From contig JAXLNO010000086.1 of the NCBI GenBank assembly GCA_038087875.1, positions 1 through 63,854 on the forward strand: 63,854 bases of DNA, in the 5' to 3' direction. Below are positions 11,890 through 25,659 of this stretch, piece after piece. The notes below the pieces were generated by a model. That model was not told the DNA's origin and did not search any database. It was given only the letters and a program-made list of their open reading frames with translations. The translations under genes were made by a program, and so were the position numbers. The stretch comes from Malacoraja senta. Taxonomy: Eukaryota. Each line of letters opens with the position of its first letter. Within the stretch, counting starts at the first letter, position 1.

Positions 11890-13871
11890 CCCACCTCCCC
11901 ATTCGCTGTGATGGTATTTCAGTCTCAGTCACAGAGGCCGACGTCAGGAAATCCTTCAGAGGGGTGAACCCTCGAAAAGCGCCTGGACCTGATGGTATAC
12001 CTGGTCGTGTTCTAAAAACCTGTGCGGCCAACTGGCTGGAGTTTTTACGGACATTTTCAACCTCTCACTTCTGAGGTCTGAGGTTCCCATCTGCTTCAAA
12101 AGAGCATCAATTATACCAGTGCCCAAGAAGAGTAAGGTGACATGCCTCAATGACTATCGACCTGTGGCACTAACGCCTGTGGTGATGAAGTGCTTTGAAA
12201 GGTTGATCATGACGCAGATCAACTCCTACCTCGACAAAAACCTGGACCCACTGCAGTTCGCTTACCGCAACAACAGATCAACGGTGAATGCGATCTCGCT
12301 GTCCCTCCACTCCGCTCTGGACCACTTGGACAACAAAAACTCATATGTCAGGCTGTTATTCATCGATTACAGCTCGGCATTTAACACAGTCATCCCCTCC
12401 AAGCTGGTTACCAAACTCGCAGAACTGGGTCTCTGCGCATCCCTCTGCAATTGGATCTTCGACTTCCTCACTCTCAGACCACAGTCTGTTCGTATTGGTG
12501 GAAATGTGTCAGACTCGATAACAATTAGCACGGGAGCACCTCAAGGCTGCGTGCTCAGCCCCCTGCTGTACTCACTCTATACTCTTGACTGCGTAGCCGG
12601 ACATAGTGCGAACTCCATCATCAAGTTCGTTGACGACACCACTGTTGTGGGACGTATCACTGATGGGGATGAGTCAGAGTATAGAAGAGAGATCGAGCAA
12701 CTGTCCATATGGTGCCAGCACAATAACCTGGCCCTCAACACCAGCAACACCAAGGAACTGATTGTGGACTTTGGAAGGAGTAGGATGGGGACCCACAGTC
12801 CCGTTTATATCAACGGGTCGATGGTTGAAAGGGTCAAGAGCTTCAAATTCCTGGGCATGCACATCTCTGAAGATCGTTCCTGGTCCGAGAACACTGATGC
12901 CATTATTAAGAAAGCACATCAGCGCCTCTACTTCCTGAGAAGTTTACGGAGGGTCGGTTTGTCAAAGAGGACTCTCTCTAACTTCTGCGGGTGCACAGTA
13001 GAGAGCATGCTGACCGGTTGCATCGTGGCTTGGTTCGGCAACTTGAGCGCCCTGGAAAGGAAAAGACTACAAAAAGTAGTAAACACTGCCCAGTCCATCA
13101 TCGGCTCTGACCTCCCTTCCATCGAGGGGATCTATCACAGTCGCTGGCTCAAAAAGGCTGGCAGTATCATCAAGGACCCACACCATCCTGGCCACACACT
13201 CATCTCCCTAGGACGACAGATGGCGCAATGGGCTAAGTGTTCGGCTGGCAACCGGAAGGTACCCGGTTCGATTCCCGCTTGGAGTGCATACTGTCGTTGT
13301 GTCCTTGGGCAAGACACTTCACCCACCTTTGCCTGCGTGTGAATGCGTGTGAATGTGTGTGAGTGATTGGTGGTGGTCAGAGGGGCCGTAGGCGCAGATT
13401 AGCAGCCACGCTTCCGTCAGTCTGCCCCAGGGCAGCTGTGGCTACAGACGTAGCTCACCACCACCGAGTGTGACTGAGGAGTGAATGAATAATGCGATGT
13501 AAAGCGCCTTGAGTATTAGAAAGGCGCTATATAAATCCAATCCATTATTACCTTCAGGTAGAAGGTACAGGAGCCTGAAGACTGCAACGACCAGGTTCAG
13601 GAACAGCTACTTCCCCACAGCCATCAGGCTATTAAACCTGGCTCGGACATAACACTGAACTTTATTAGCCAATACTGTTATTTGCACTTTATCAGTATAT
13701 AGATTCATGTGTGTATGTATTTATAGAATGCCTTGTAGTCAATGCCTACTATGTTCTGTTGTGCTGAAGCAAAGCAAGAATTTCATTGTCCTATCGGCGA
13801 AACGGTCTTTTACAGGTCGATTGTGCTTTAATGAGGGACATGACAATAAACTCACTTGACTTGACTTGACT
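11890..13871 (+). mobile_element. Rex1/Babar LINE, 5'-truncated, nested in DIRS gag
   Basis: [73 protein letters not shown]. Tail TGACAATAAA..(CTTGA)n. TSD TGATT at 11885-11889 and 13872-13876. Confidence 0.92.
13211..13550 (+). mobile_element. tRNA-derived CORE-type SINE with L2-like tail (AFC-like), nested in Rex1
   Basis: A box TGGCGCAATGG, B box GGTTCGATTCC, CORE-like GTCCTTGGGCAAGACACTT, tail TGTAAAGCGCCTTGAG...GCGCTATATAAAT..ATTATTA. The Rex1 reading (..HTLIS | PSGRRYRSL) resumes after it. Confidence 0.88.
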
Positions 13872-14319
13872 TGATTTGTCTTGGGGCGCCCCTGTCTGAT
13901 ATTCAGCAAAGTACTTTGGCACATATGTGCAATGCACTTTTCGGAATAAATTGTCTTCGGAAAAGTGCAATAAGACCAACTCTCAACCCAAAGTTTGCAG
14001 CTTTGTGCAAAACAACCAATGTGCAGCCGCCGAACCTGTTGTTCGGTGAGGATCTGTCAAAACAGGTCAGAGAACTGGATGACGAGGCGAAGGCGGTCGG
14101 TCTCATTAAAGCACAATCGACCTGTAAAAGACCGTTTCGCCGATTGCACCCCTATAGACTGAGGCTGGTTCGGGTCAAGGACAAAGCCTGGCTCTGCCAT
14201 CTGTGCGCAATTGGCGTACCCCAACACTTATTCCCTCCAGAGCTCGGAGGCAAAGGTATTCACCAGCGATTATGGAGGTAGGTGGATCTGGTTCGGTTCA
14301 GGACATGTCATATATGGAG

Positions 14320-15658
14320 CAGTCACAAGTTGGGGGTAGATTGCAGTTGTTCTTCATTGAATGGTGCTGCATAACATCAGATTCGTTTATACTGGAGATC
14401 TTCAGGTGTTCCGAATTGAGTTCATTTTTAAATTGCGTCCACCCACACAACATACACCGAGTCGGACATTGGTGTTTTCATAATCAGAATCTTTACAGGT
14501 AAACGCTGAAATTAAAACCTTGCTTAAAAAAGGGGTAATTGAGAAGTCGGTTCATCAATCTCATCAATTTGTGTCTAATATTTTTCTTAGACAAAAGAAG
14601 GATGGTGGGTGTCGAATCATTCTTGATCTAACTCGACTTAATTCCTATGTGCAGTATAAACATTTCAAAATGGAAACGTTTCTTACTGCTAAACAATTGG
14701 TATCCAAAGGATGTTATATGGCATGTATAGATCTGAAAGATGCGTATTATTCAGTGCCAATTCAATACGATCACCGGAGATATTTGAAATTTAGCTGGAT
14801 GAGACAATTTTGGCAGTTTAAAGCATTGCCTAATGGGTTAACCTCAGCTCCTAGACTATTTACACAGTTGTTGAAACCGGTGTTGGGTTTACTCTGGGCT
14901 CAGAGTCATATTGTGATGGCCTATTTAGATCATGTTCTAATCATAGGCAAGACTCAGGAATCAGCTGAATTGTCTGTGTCAGTCACTAGACATACGTTTT
15001 TAGAAGTTGGGGTTCCTCATCCTTCCAGCTAAATCAAAATTGATACCATCTAGAATCATTGATTATTTGGGGTTCACCATTGATTCAACTCACATGTTAG
15101 TGTCTCTGCCTAGAAGCAAGAGATTAAAATTAATGGAAGCTTGTACCAATCTTGTTGACGAGCAGCAATCCTCCATTCGACGAGTGGCTAGTGTAATTGG
15201 CAAATTAGTGCCTGCTTTCCCCGGACTACAATTTGGGCCTTTACATGATCAAAATTTGCAACGTGCAAAGGAACAGGCACTCAAAGCACATGCAGGTCAT
15301 TTCGATAGACTCATGCGGTTGCCAGTTGAAACATTACTGAGTTACAGTGGTGGATAACGAATGTTTCACGTTGCTCTATTAAAATTCTGGCTAGTCAACC
15401 TTCAGTTGTTTTAAAAACTGATGTGAGTGCCTTCGGATGGGGAGCCACTGATACCAATTCTAGATGCGGCGGCAGATGGAATGTGCATGAGGCATTAATT
15501 CTTCAGGCGCATGATATTAACTATATAGAATTGCTGGGAGCATTCTATGGCTTAAAAGTGTATTGTTCTACTATGCATGATTTGCATGTTCAGCTCCAGA
15601 TTGATAACACCACAGCACTTGCATACGTCTATCACATGGGCGGAATCAAGTCGGTATG
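14320..15658 (+). pseudogene. DIRS reverse transcriptase / RNase H, frameshifted
   Basis: VGGRL..F..W..IT.D, LLKKGVIE, KKDGG.R.ILDL, IDLKDAYYSVPI, LPNGLTSAPRLFT, AYLDH (YLDD mutated), GWGA, IN.IELL.A, DNTTALAY..HMGG.KS. Confidence 0.88.
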
Positions 15659-15761
15659 TAAACCCCTATAGACCCTCTAACCCCATATAAATACCTGTAA
15701 ACGCTTGTAAACCCCTGTACACCTATGTAAACACCCTGTAAACACCTCTAAACCGACTTAA

Positions 15762-18700
15762 CCCCCAAATCGTGAAAGAAAAGCTATGTAATGAATACCT
15801 CGTAAAACAGATGAATATGTTTTTCGAGGCTAATGACAGCCCTGGAATCTCCGCCTCCCTTCTTTGGGAAACATTTAAATAATTTGTGCGAGGAGCATTA
15901 ATCTCCTACCAATCATTTATTAACAAAGAGAATAGGGCCAAACAACAGTCTTTGGAAACGGAAATAAGGCAATTAGATATAGAAAATGCAATAGCACCAT
16001 CTATGGTAAAACACAGTAAAATTGCAGTACTGAAATATAAGTTAAACAAGATATACTCAGACCAAGTAATAAAACTATATCAACGTATAAAACAATTAAA
16101 TTTTGAATTTGGCGATAAACCACAAAAACTATTGTCGCGTCAACTTCATAAACAGGAAGGGGCAAAAACAATTTACAAAATTAGATCAGATAAGGGAGAA
16201 ACATTAACACTACCTAAAGATATTAATGATAGATTTTTACAATATTATCAAAAATTGTATTCATCTAAAACGACAGAACAACCAGTAGGAATGGAAACAT
16301 TTCTCCAGAAATGTAATCTTACAGGTCTAGATCAGAAAGAGAGAGAATCACTAGATGTAGAAATTACGGTAAAAGACATCGAGGAGTCAATTAGATCTTT
16401 AAAAAATGGAAAGGCCGCATGTCCTGATGGTCTAAGCTCTGAATTTTATTAAAAAATTTACGATCTGATTTCTCCACGTCTACAGAGACTTTACAAACAA
16501 GCGTATACTCAACAGAAACTTCCAGAAACTCTAAATGAATCTACAATCATACTTATACCGAAACCGGATAAGGACCCTGAAGACCCAGGTTCATATAGAG
16601 CAATAGCTCTCTTAAATACTGATCAGAAAATATTAACCAAAATCCTATCTCATAGATTGAGCTTAGTGATTAACAAATTAATACACCCGGACCAAACAGG
16701 TTTTATTCCAAAACGTTACTCATTTTATAATTTGAGAAGACTATTCAATATTATATATACAAATCGAATTCCAAATGCAGATCTAGCAATTATTTCGTTA
16801 GATGCTGAAAAGGCATTTGACCAGGTAGAATGGACATATTTATTTTCGGTAATGAAAACATTTCAATTGGGAGAGAAGTACTGTACATGGGTTAAATTGT
16901 TATACTCTAATCCAACAGCTAGAATATGAACAAATCAAATGTTATCAGCCAAATTTAATCTTTCTAGAGGTTCTAGACAAGGATGTTCACTATCCCCACT
17001 ATTATTTGCTCTTGCAATTGAACCATTAGCAGAAAGCGTTAGAAACCATCCAGGAATACATGGATATAACACTAGAGATACAAGGAATAAAATGTCCTTA
17101 TATGCAGATGATGTATTGATATATATTACAAAGTTAGAAACTAGTATTCCAAATCTATTAAATCTAATAACACAATTTGGTCAGTTCTCAGGATATAGGA
17201 TTAATTGGAATAAAAGTGAAATCATGCCAATAACAAAATTCAACTTAAATACAATACAACAATCCCCTTTTAAAATAGTTAAAGATAAACTTAAATATTT
17301 AGGAATCTATGTAACTAAGACATATACCTCTTTATTTAAACAAAAATTTCCATCCTTACTCAATAAATTACACAAACATATTCAGTACTGGAAAACACTT
17401 CCTATTTCAATGCTTGGTAGAATTAATGCTATAAAATGATTTTCTTACCGCAACTCCTATATTTATTTCAATTAATTCCGATATATATTCCAAAAAACGT
17501 TTTCAAAAAAGTCGACTCCATTGTTACAAGCTTTATTTGGGATTATAAGAATCATAGAATAAGTAAAACACATTTATGTAAGTCAAAGAGCAACGGAGGT
17601 TTGGCCTTGCCAAATGTCTTATTTTATTTTTGGGCAGTCCATATTAAAAACATGAATTTCTGGCTGGATGAAATGGACCAACAACCAGAATGGTTAAGGA
17701 TGGAAAAGGAAGACTGTTTACCTTTTGAAATAGGTTCCATTATATTTGCTACCACAAAATTGCATTAAAAAACCTATAAGGAAAACCCTATAATACATAG
17801 TGGAATACGAATTTGGAAACAATTAAAAAAGGCTTTAAAACTGAATAATATGCCACTATGTCTTCCCATTGTAAATAATCCTCTATTCAAGCCATCCATA
17901 TTGGATAGAGGTTTTATACAATGGAAAAATTATGGAATTAAAAGGATTGGACATCTTTATAGGGAAGGCATCTTTCTGTCATTTCAAGAGTTACAACAGA
18001 ATCATAGACTACACTCAAATAACTTTTTCAAATATTTACAAATTAGAGATGATGTTAAATCCAATACACAAGTTTATAGGACTAGGGAACCAGAAATTCT
18101 TGATGAATGTTTGAATAAGCAGCCTAACACTGAAAAATGAATAGCTTATATTTATAACATTCTCCTAAATAACGAGGTACCACCGATGGAACTATATAGA
18201 CATAAATGGGAAAATGAGTTAGGTTATCCTATTACGAAAGATATTTGGGACGAAAGTTTACAACATATACATCAATGTTCGTTAATTGCCAGACATGCTT
18301 TAATACAATTTAAAGTATTACACAGATTACATTACTCCAAAATAAAACTAAATAGAATTTTCCCACATATCTCTCCTATATGTGATAAATGCCTGCATCT
18401 AGAGGCCAATTTAACACATACCTTTGCAAATTGTATAAAAATTAAAAAATTACTGGACTGATATTTTTCAAATAATTTCTGAAGTTGTTAATACCAAATT
18501 GGGTCCAGACTCAAAATTAATAATACTTGGGATATCAGAACAAAGTTTAACACTCACAACAAGCCAAAGAAACTTCCTTAACTACAGTATAATAACTGGG
18601 AAAAAATTAATATTAAAATTCTGGAAAGGCCCTACAACCCCCACAATTAAAATGTGGATTGTGGAAATGTCGGAGACCCTACATCTAGAAAGAATTAGAC

Positions 18701-19090
18701 TTGTCTTAATGGACAAGCAAGAACTTTTTGTTAAAATATGGGCTCCATTCATTGCCTATTTGAAGGGATAGAGTGGTCCAGCGCGAAAGCCCGACTGAAG
18801 CTTGAATTCAGGATTTGATGTAATTATATTTCATAACCTACGAACTTATCTCCTATGACGTATTATAAGTAATTCATTCCACCTCTTTTTCTTTTTTGAT
18901 ATTGTAATTCTTCTTTCTCTCTATTTTTATTTTTCTATCTATATAAAAAAAAACACTAGAAGCAGAATTAACTGACAATTGACAAATTTAATAATGTATG
19001 AGTGATTGATGTATATGAAAAGTGTTTTCTTCTCCTATTATAATATGTTACTCTACATTATAATGTTTGCTTCAAATAAAAATTTATATC
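15762..19090 (+). mobile_element. L1-clade LINE, 5'-truncated, ORF2 pseudogene plus 3' UTR
   Basis: FEFGDKPQKLL, GKAACPDGL..EFY, IHPDQTGFI, SLDAEKAFDQVEW, RQGCSLSPLLF, SLYADDVL, CDKC...HTFANC. Several stops and frameshifts. A/T-rich 3' UTR ending AAATAAAA. Confidence 0.93.
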
Positions 19091-21870
19091 ACAAACACCT
19101 CTAAACCCCTGTAAACCCCCCTAAACTTCTGTAAACCCCTGTATACCCCTGTACACCCCTCTAATCCCCTCTAAACACCTATAAAGCCCACTAAACCCTT
19201 CTACCCCATCTGACTCCCTGTAAACCCCATGTAATCCACTCTAAACCACTGTAAAGCCCTCCAAACCTATGTAAAGCTATCTAAAACACTCTAAACCCCC
19301 CTAAATCCCATGTTAACAACTCGAATCCTCTCTAAACACAGGTAAACCCCTGTAAACCCCTGTAAACCCCTCTAAACCCATTTAGACACCTGTAAACGCT
19401 TGCAAAGACCTCTAAACCCCTGTAAACCGGACTAAACCCCCATATGCAAGCCACTCTAACACCTTTTAAACCCCTCTAAACCCATGTAAACCTCTCTAAA
19501 ACCCTCTAAACCCCTCCCCTGTAATCCCGTCTAAACTCTCTAAACACCTACACACACCTGTAAACCCCTCTAAACCTATCTAACCCCCTCTAAACCCCAT
19601 ATAAAGCCCTCTAAACCGCTCTAAACCCAAGTAAACCCCAGGAATCCTCATGTAAACCCCTCTAAACCCTTGCAAACCACTCTAAATCACTCTAAAGCCC
19701 TGTAAACCCCTCTAAACCTCTCTACACCTGTAAATACCTGTACATCCCCTGTAAACCTCTCTAAACCCAACTAACACCCTCTAACCCCATCTAAACACCT
19801 GTAAATCCTTCTAAACCCCCTGTAAACCCCGTAAACCCATCTAAACCCCTGTAAACACACGTAAACCTCTCCAAACACCTCTAAACCCCTGTAAACATCT
19901 ATAAACCCCTATAAAACCCTCTAAACCACTAAACCAATGTAAACCCATCTAAACAACTGTAAACGCCCCTAAACACCTTTAAGCACCTCTGAACCAGTCT
20001 AAACCCCATGTAAACCTCTCTAAACCTCTCTAATCCCGTGTAACCGCATCTAAATCACTCTAGACACCCCAGAAACCGCTGTAAACCGCTGTAAACGCAT
20101 CTAACCCACTCTATACCCCTGAACATACCTCAAAACCTCTGCAAACGCCTGTAAACCCCTGCAAAACCCTTTAAACCCCTCTAAACCCCTGTAAACACAT
20201 CTAAACCACTCTAAACCACTCTAAACCCCTCTAAACCACTCTAAACCCATCTGTTGCCCCGGGAAACACATTTAAACCACTATAGACAGCTGAGAACAGA
20301 TCTAAACACCTCTAAACTCCATGCAAACTCCTCCAAACCCGCCCAATCCACTCTGAACCCCATACAGACCCCTCTAAATTCGTCTAAACCCCTCTATACC
20401 CATGTAAACACCCTGTAAGAACCTCTAAACCCCTAAACACTCCCCTAAACCTCTGTAAATGCCTGTAAACACGTGTACACCCCTCTAATCCCCTCTAAAC
20501 ATCTAAAATGCCCTCTAAACACTACTAACCACATCTGAACTCCTGTAAACCCCATGTAAACCACTTTAAACCACTAAAGCCCTCCAAACCCATGTAAAGC
20601 TATATACAATACTCTAACCCCGCTAAACCCCATGGAAACAACTCGAATCCTCTTTAAACACATGTAAACGCCCTGTAACACCCTGTAAAACCCTCTAAAT
20701 CCATCTAAACACCTGTAAACGATTGTAAACTCCCCTAATCCCCTGTAAACCCGTCTAAACCCCCCATGTAAACCCCCGTAACACCCTTTAAACCCCTCTA
20801 AACCCATGTAAACATGTCGAAACCCCTCTAAACCCCTGTAAACCCCTCTGAACGTCTATCCACCTGTAAACACCTGTACACCCCTATAAACCCATCCAAA
20901 CCCCGCTAAACCCATCTAAACCCTCTATACCGCTCGAAACCCCGGTAAATCCTTCTAAACACATGTGGACCCCTGTAAACCCCGCTAAATCCCTCTAAAC
21001 CCCATGTAAATCCATGCAAACCCTTATAAACCTCCCTAATCATCTCCAACCCTCTGTAAACAACTCCAAATCCCTCTAAACCCATCGAAATACCTGTATA
21101 CCCCATGTAAACGCATCTAAACCGCTCTAAACACCTCTAACCACCTGTTAACACCTCTAAACACCTGTAAACCACTCTAAATCTCTCTCAACGCTGTTAA
21201 CCACTTTAAACTCCTCTAATGCCCTGTAAACCCATCTAAACCCCTCTAAACACTTCTAACTCCATCTAAACCCCTGTAAACCCACCTATACCACCTTTAC
21301 ACACCTCTAAACACATCTGGAACCCTGTGCACCCCACTTAAACGCATCTAAACCCCTCATAACCCATCGAGACGCCTGTAAACCCATATACACCCTTGTA
21401 AACCCCTCTAAACCTCGGTAAAGGCCTCGAAACCCCCTACACCACTCCAGACCTCTGTAAACCCCTCTAGACACTTATTTTTTTATTTTATTATTTTTTA
21501 TTAGAAGTACGGTAAATTACAGTAATACATAACACATATATCTTAATACATTTTTTGTACCGCTTCATTTTTTTTTAGCTTTAAGAAAAAGATAGAAGTA
21601 AGGAAAGTAAAGAAAGTGCGCAAGAGTCGTGAAGTGCAAGAGAGTGTTGGGAAAAGAAAGCACCTTAGAAAAGAAGTTAGAGAAGGAAGTAAAGTAAGAA
21701 AGTAGACCCTAGAAAAGAAAGAAAAAGAAAGTAGGAACAATCGCTCTATTATGACATTATACTTGCAGAAAGGGGACTACCAACCAAGTCTGTTTTTGTT
21801 GTTTTACCTCCCATTACCAGGTCCTGATACCGTGTATTTATTTATTTATTTATTAAATTACTATTGCACC

Positions 21871-24800
21871 TCATGCTTGTAATAGGTCCAGAAACGTAGA
21901 CCACGTCTTTTGGAATTGGTCTGCTTTACCTGCTAAGAGTAATCTCATCTCTTCCAGATGTAATGTTTCAAACATATTTGATGTCCACGTTTTTATTGTT
22001 GGTGTGGGCGCATTTTTCCAGAATTTAAGTATGAGCTTTTTTCCCATTATTAGCCCGTAATTGAATAAATTCTTCTGATACACGTTTAATCCAGGGATAC
22101 CTTCCGATATTCCAAAAATGATCCATTCTGGTTTTGGTACCAGTTTTATTTTAATTAATTTTGAAAAAATATCAAATATTTCATACCAGAATTTTTGGAT
22201 TTCTGTACAAAAAACAAAAGAATGCGCTATGGTAGCTTCTTGACACAGATATTTATCACAGATTGGTGAAACAGTAGGAAAGATTTTATTTAATTTAGTT
22301 TATGAACAATATAGTCTATGTAATGTTTTGAAGTGGATGGGCGTATGTCGTACGTTGATCGGACATTTATGCACCTGTAGTAAATGATTATCCCAGCTCT
22401 CTTTTGAAATTTTTATAGCTAATTCTTGTTCCCAGTCTCTTCTAATTCCATCTGTGGGTATTTCTATGTTTAAAATGATATTATATAAGTACGATATTAG
22501 ATTAGCTGATTCCGCCTTTGTCTTCATTGCTTCATCTAGTAAGTCGGAAGGCATATTATGATAGTCTTTTGTGTATTTCTTCAGATAATCACGAATTTGT
22601 AGATATTTAAAATATTGGTTATTTTTCAAATTATATTTCAGTTGTAGTTGTTGAAATGATAGTAATTTTCCCAATTCATACAGATCTTCGAGCGTTTTGA
22701 TTCCCATTCTTTCCCATTGTATAAATGATTTGTCTATGATTGATGGCTTAAACGATGGGTTATTGACTATTGGTATTGAGAGAGATAGGTTTCTTAATTT
22801 TAGATTCTGTTTTATTTGTTTCCATGTTCTAATTGTGCTATATATAATTGGATTTTTATTATAATTTTTATTATTCAAATTTATTGGAGAGAGAATAATC
22901 GCTCCTATATTACTCGGGGAGCAGTCCCCTTTTTCCATTACAATCCAGTCCGCCTGCTGTGCAGAATTGTCCAGCAGGTGAATCATATTTTAAATATTTA
23001 CTGCCCAATTATAATACATAAAGTTAGGGAGCGCTAGACCCCCCAACTCTTTTCGTTTATTAAGGTGTGCTCTTTGTATTCTATGGGATTTATAATCCCA
23101 TATAAAATTTGTAATGTCTGAGTCCAATTTTTTGAAAAACTTTTTTGGGAGATATATAGGTATTGATTGAAATAGGTATAGGATTTGTGGTAAGAAAATC
23201 ATTTTTATAGCATTTATTCTGCCTATTAAGGATATCGGAAGTGTTTTCCAGAATTTAATCAAATTATTTAATTTCTTAAGTAAGGGATTATAATTGGCTT
23301 TAAACATATCCTGTTAATTTCTAGTAATTTCAATTCCCAAATATTTGAATTTTTCTGTAGCTATTTTAAAGGGGAATTTCCTGAGGTGTGTTGTGTCTTT
23401 TGGTTTTATCGACATAATTTCACTTTTGTTCCAATTTATTCTATATCCTGAGAAGGATCCAAAGTCCTCAATTAAATTTAATATATTTGGTATACTAATT
23501 TGTGGTTTTGTGATGTACAGTAGTACATCATCGGCATATAGGGATATTTTGTTATTTGAATATTTTGTATTATAACCGTAAATATCCAGGTGTGTTCTTA
23601 TTTTTTCAGCAATGGGTTCAATTACCAAAGCAAATAACAGCGGTGATAATGAAAATCCTTGTCTATTGCCCCTTGATAGTTCAAATTTCAAGGATAATAT
23701 ATTATTAGTTAGTATTCTAGCCGTAGGTTTGTTATATAATAGTTTTATCCATGCAATGAAGTTCTCTCCCAACTGGAATTTTTGCAATACTTTAATCATA
23801 TAATCCCATTCTGCTTGATCAAACGCTTTTTCTGCATCCAGTGAGATGATAGATAACTCTTGGTCATGAGATTTATGTGAGTGCATTATGTTAAGCAAAC
23901 GTCTCAAATTATTGAATGAATGTCTCTTAGGTATAAATCCTGTTTGATCCTCATTTATTAGTCTACTAACTTACCTGCTTAGTCCACTGGCTAGTGTTTT
24001 CGCTATTATTATTTATCCGTATTTAACAAAGCAATAGCTCTATATGATCCTGGTTCTTCTATATTTATATATTTTTAAAGTATTAATATGATCGTTGATT
24101 CTGCTAGTGTTTCAGGTAAGTATTGCTCTTTAAAAGCATATGTATACATTTTCTGTAATCGTGGAGTAACTATGCCGTAAAAAGATTTATAAAATGTATT
24201 ACTGTATCCGTCTGGTCCTGGTGTTTTTCCATTCTTTAGTGTTTTTATTGTGTCTTCTATCTCCTTAGAAGTAATTTGTGCTCCCAGTTTCTCTTGTTCC
24301 CTGTTCTAATTGTGGTAGGTTACAGTTATCTAGAAATTCTGAAATTTTATTATTGTCTATTAACGTTTTAGATGTGTATAGATTCTGGTAAAATTGAGCA
24401 AATATTTTATTGATATCCTTGGGTAATGTAAATAATTCCCCTCTGTCTGATTTAATCTTTAATATTGCATTCTCTTTTTCCCGTTTTTTCAGTTGGCGTG
24501 CTAGAAGTTTGTGGGGTTTGTCCCCGAATTCGAAGTGTTCTTGTTTTGTGATTTGAAATAATGTTATAACTTTCTCTGACAGTAATTTATTTAGCTTGAA
24601 TTTCAATAGTAGGATTTTATTATGTTTATCCATAGTTGGATCTTTAGCATTATCTGTATCTAATTGTTTTATTTGTTCTTCTAAATGTCTTTGTTCATTC
24701 TTATTCTTTTTTATTTTGATAAGCTTGAAATGAAATAATGACTCCTCTAATAAATGCTTTGAAGGATTCCCATAATAGCGTGGAGGATATATCTGGTGTA

Positions 24801-25659
24801 TCATTTATCTCAAAAAATAGATCCATCTGTTTTTTTTAGATATATACTCCCTTGTGGGTCTTTTAAAATTTGCGAGTTAAACCTCCAGAACGATTTATTC
24901 ATAGACATTCCTTCTAGTTTCAAAACAAAAGTTAACGGAGAGTGGTCTGAGATCGCATTCGTGTGGTATTTAGGGTTAATAGTGTGCGGAATTAATTTTG
25001 TATCCACAAGAAAATAGTCTATCCGTGAGTATGTTTTATGCACCGTTGAATAAAACGAATAATCCCTTCCCGTCGGGTTTGCAATCCTCCACACATCTGC
25101 TATATTTGTGTTTTCCATATATGTATGTAAAGGTTCACTGGTTTTAGTTTTCATATTACCTTTTTGTTTTTGCATCGATTTATCTAGATAAGGGTCTAAA
25201 ACACAGTTAAAGTCTCCTCCAATTATAACATTTTGATAATTAAATTCTGCAATTATATTCAGAATTTTATTAAAAAATTGAGGGTTATCAAAATTGGGCG
25301 CATATATGTTTACCAGCGTAATTGCCGTATTATTGATCTCTCCTGCTACTATAAGGTATCTCCCTTCCTTATCTAAAATAGTATTCTTTGATTTAAATGG
25401 AATTCCTTTACGAATAATGATTGCAGTACCTCTAGATTTGGAAGTGAATGAAGAGTGAAATGTTTGGCCTATCCAGTTCGCCCTCAGTCTCGTCTGATCT
25501 TGATGTTTAAGATGCGTTTCATGTAGAAACGAAATGTCCGTGTTGTATGATTTCAACTGAGCTAGTCTCTTGCCCCATTTTAATAGGTTCATTAATACCC
25601 CTTATATTCCAACTACATAGTGTGATTCCTCCCATTTTCTTTTGATTGTCGTCATACAT
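21871..25659 (-). pseudogene. L1-A ORF2 (APE endonuclease plus RT), multiply frameshifted
   Basis: Starts MYDDNQKKMGGITLCSWNIRG. Fragments contain HETH, GDFN, SRIDY, SDHSP, SLDAEKAFD and SLYADDVL. Confidence 0.9.

Larger units (their letters stand above)
11000..14170 (+). pseudogene. DIRS gag-like ORF1, disrupted and split by the Rex1 insertion (11890-13871)
   Basis: ...KYETPTNC..IKVPTVN..IW...QELRIQK...GITAFARSVDGAD | LS..QQ..LA.MCNA...LRKSAIRP.LNPKFAALC...LLFGEDLSKQVREL continues across the insertion. Stops and frameshifts are present. Confidence 0.75.
10791..15658 (+). mobile_element. DIRS1-like (tyrosine-recombinase class) retrotransposon, 3'-truncated; gag, RT and partial RNase H remain
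   Basis: Non-satellite sequence starts at AATTTTACTTCGGAGTCACGTG. It carries a gag-like ORF and DIRS-type RT/RH motifs, and stops abruptly inside RNase H. No methyltransferase or recombinase part is seen. Confidence 0.85.

Noticed and set aside
13211..13285. tRNA gene (also SINE heads at 44860-44928 and 47868-47930)
   Set aside because: A/B boxes continue into SINE core and tail sequences, and no convincing cloverleaf is present.
11769..13342. Chimeric ORFs (DIRS gag into Rex1; Rex1 RT into SINE) as novel fusion genes
   Set aside because: Chance in-frame read-through at insertion junctions in frameshifted elements.
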